Part shown: piece after piece, positions 41,733-42,359 of the stretch
How the letters are laid out: each line of letters starts with the position of its first letter
Position numbering within the stretch: the first letter of the stretch is position 1
NCBI GenBank assembly: GCA_001817115.1
Contig: MHHS01000050.1
Span: 782 to 43,140, forward strand
Source of the DNA: Candidatus Andersenbacteria bacterium RIFCSPHIGHO2_12_FULL_45_11b
GTDB taxonomy: Bacteria; Patescibacteriota; Andersenbacteria; UBA10190
Length of the DNA: 42,359 nt
Reading direction: 5' to 3'
Notes under the pieces: generated by a model
What the model saw: the letters and a program-made list of their open reading frames with translations, nothing else
Databases searched by the model: none
Told to the model about the DNA's origin: nothing
Program-made: the position numbers and the translations under genes

Positions 41733-42359
41733 ATGCCACTCAAAAAGCCAAGTATTGAAAACGTAGCAAATATCAAAGTTGTTGGCGTGGGCGGCGGGGG
41801 AAATGCGGCGCTTAACAGAATGATTGAGGCAAATATTAAAGGGGTTGAATTTATTGCTGTAAATACAGACGCGCAGGCGTTGCACTACTCAGGAGCTCCA
41901 ACTAAGCTTCATATTGGGCAAACGGTGACCAAGGGGCTAGGAGCAGGAATGAATCCGCTCTTAGGCCAGCAGGCTGCAGAAGAAAGTAGGGAAGAAATTT
42001 ACGAGCTCCTCAAGGGCGCTGATATGGTGTTTATTGCTGCAGGGTTTGGCGGGGGATCTGGATCTGGCGCTGGGCCAGTAGTGGCGGAAATTGCCCGGGA
42101 GGTTGGCGCGCTGACTGTTGCGGTTGTTACAAAGCCTTTTTCATTTGAAGGCCAGCAGCGCATGACGATTGCAGAGGAGGCGCTTGCGGAGCTCCAGAGC
42201 AGGGCGGATGCATCTGTTGTTATTCCGAATGATCGGCTTTTGCAAATTATTGATAAAAAAACCAGCCTTATTGATGCTTTTCGGGTAGTTGATGATGTGT
42301 TGCGCCAAGGAGTACAGGGAATTTCGGATTTAATTACGCACCATGGAATGGTGAACGTG
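41733..42359 (+). CDS. ftsZ: cell division protein FtsZ (5' part, runs off the window)
   Basis: Not in the ORF track because no stop is reached. Hand translation: [58 protein letters not shown]. Confidence 0.93.
   Translation, partial: MPLKKPSIENVANIKVVGVGGGGNAALNRMIEANIKGVEFIAVNTDAQALHYSGAPTKLHIGQTVTKGLGAGMNPLLGQQAAEESREEIYELLKGADMVFIAAGFGGGSGSGAGPVVAEIAREVGALTVAVVTKPFSFEGQQRMTIAEEALAELQSRADASVVIPNDRLLQIIDKKTSLIDAFRVVDDVLRQGVQGISDLITHHGMVNV

Noticed and set aside
1-42359. Alternative genetic code (UGA as sense, as in Gracilibacteria/Absconditabacteria)
   Set aside because: Conserved proteins show no in-frame TGA, and TGA terminates several genes at ATGA overlaps (15113-15115, 15970-15972, 37919-37921, 40010-40012). 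The standard code fits.

Overview
Gene-dense, moderately AT-rich chromosomal segment of a small-genome bacterium. By inference it fits an uncultivated Patescibacteria/CPR-type lineage using the standard genetic code (TGA acts as stop in several ATGA stop/start overlaps). Most of the window is housekeeping: tgt, glyQS, M16 peptidase, AI-2E permease, ppa, tatD, leuS, a sugar nucleotidyltransferase, ugd, a mutY-like glycosylase, idi, tRNA-Leu(CAA), parA/parB, topA, dprA, mfd, a TrmB-like regulator, pth, an LCP protein, lepB, hisS, a HIT protein, rpsU, ybeY, dgkA, ftsA and the 5' part of ftsZ. Envelope proteins include a 1401-aa adhesin-like membrane protein, a DUF11-like repeat protein, a TSP3-repeat protein and a T4SS-pilin-like protein. 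I saw no CRISPR array, rRNA, transposase, integrase or reverse transcriptase. Signals worth a second look: (1) An accessory islet (14.9-16.2 kb) holds two tandem bicistrons, each a small DUF5678-like protein plus a retropepsin-like aspartic protease, one catalytic and one degenerate. Imperfect direct repeats bracket it and it sits inside a split repeat element. (2) Two families of about 60-100 bp hairpin-pair repeats occur in intergenic DNA and also in frame inside leuS, tatD, idi and pth, similar to Rickettsia palindromic elements. (3) Two promoter-plus-terminator-bounded non-coding transcription units of about 280-305 nt have no class I can recognise. (4) Many ATG starts have a -10-like hexamer exactly 6-8 nt upstream and no Shine-Dalgarno sequence, implying widespread leaderless mRNAs. 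(5) Several housekeeping proteins are atypical: Tgt lacks all four zinc ligands, the MutY-like protein lacks the Fe-S loop and the Nudix-like domain, and ParB has a long acidic insert. All homology calls rest on motif recognition by eye. No database search was run.
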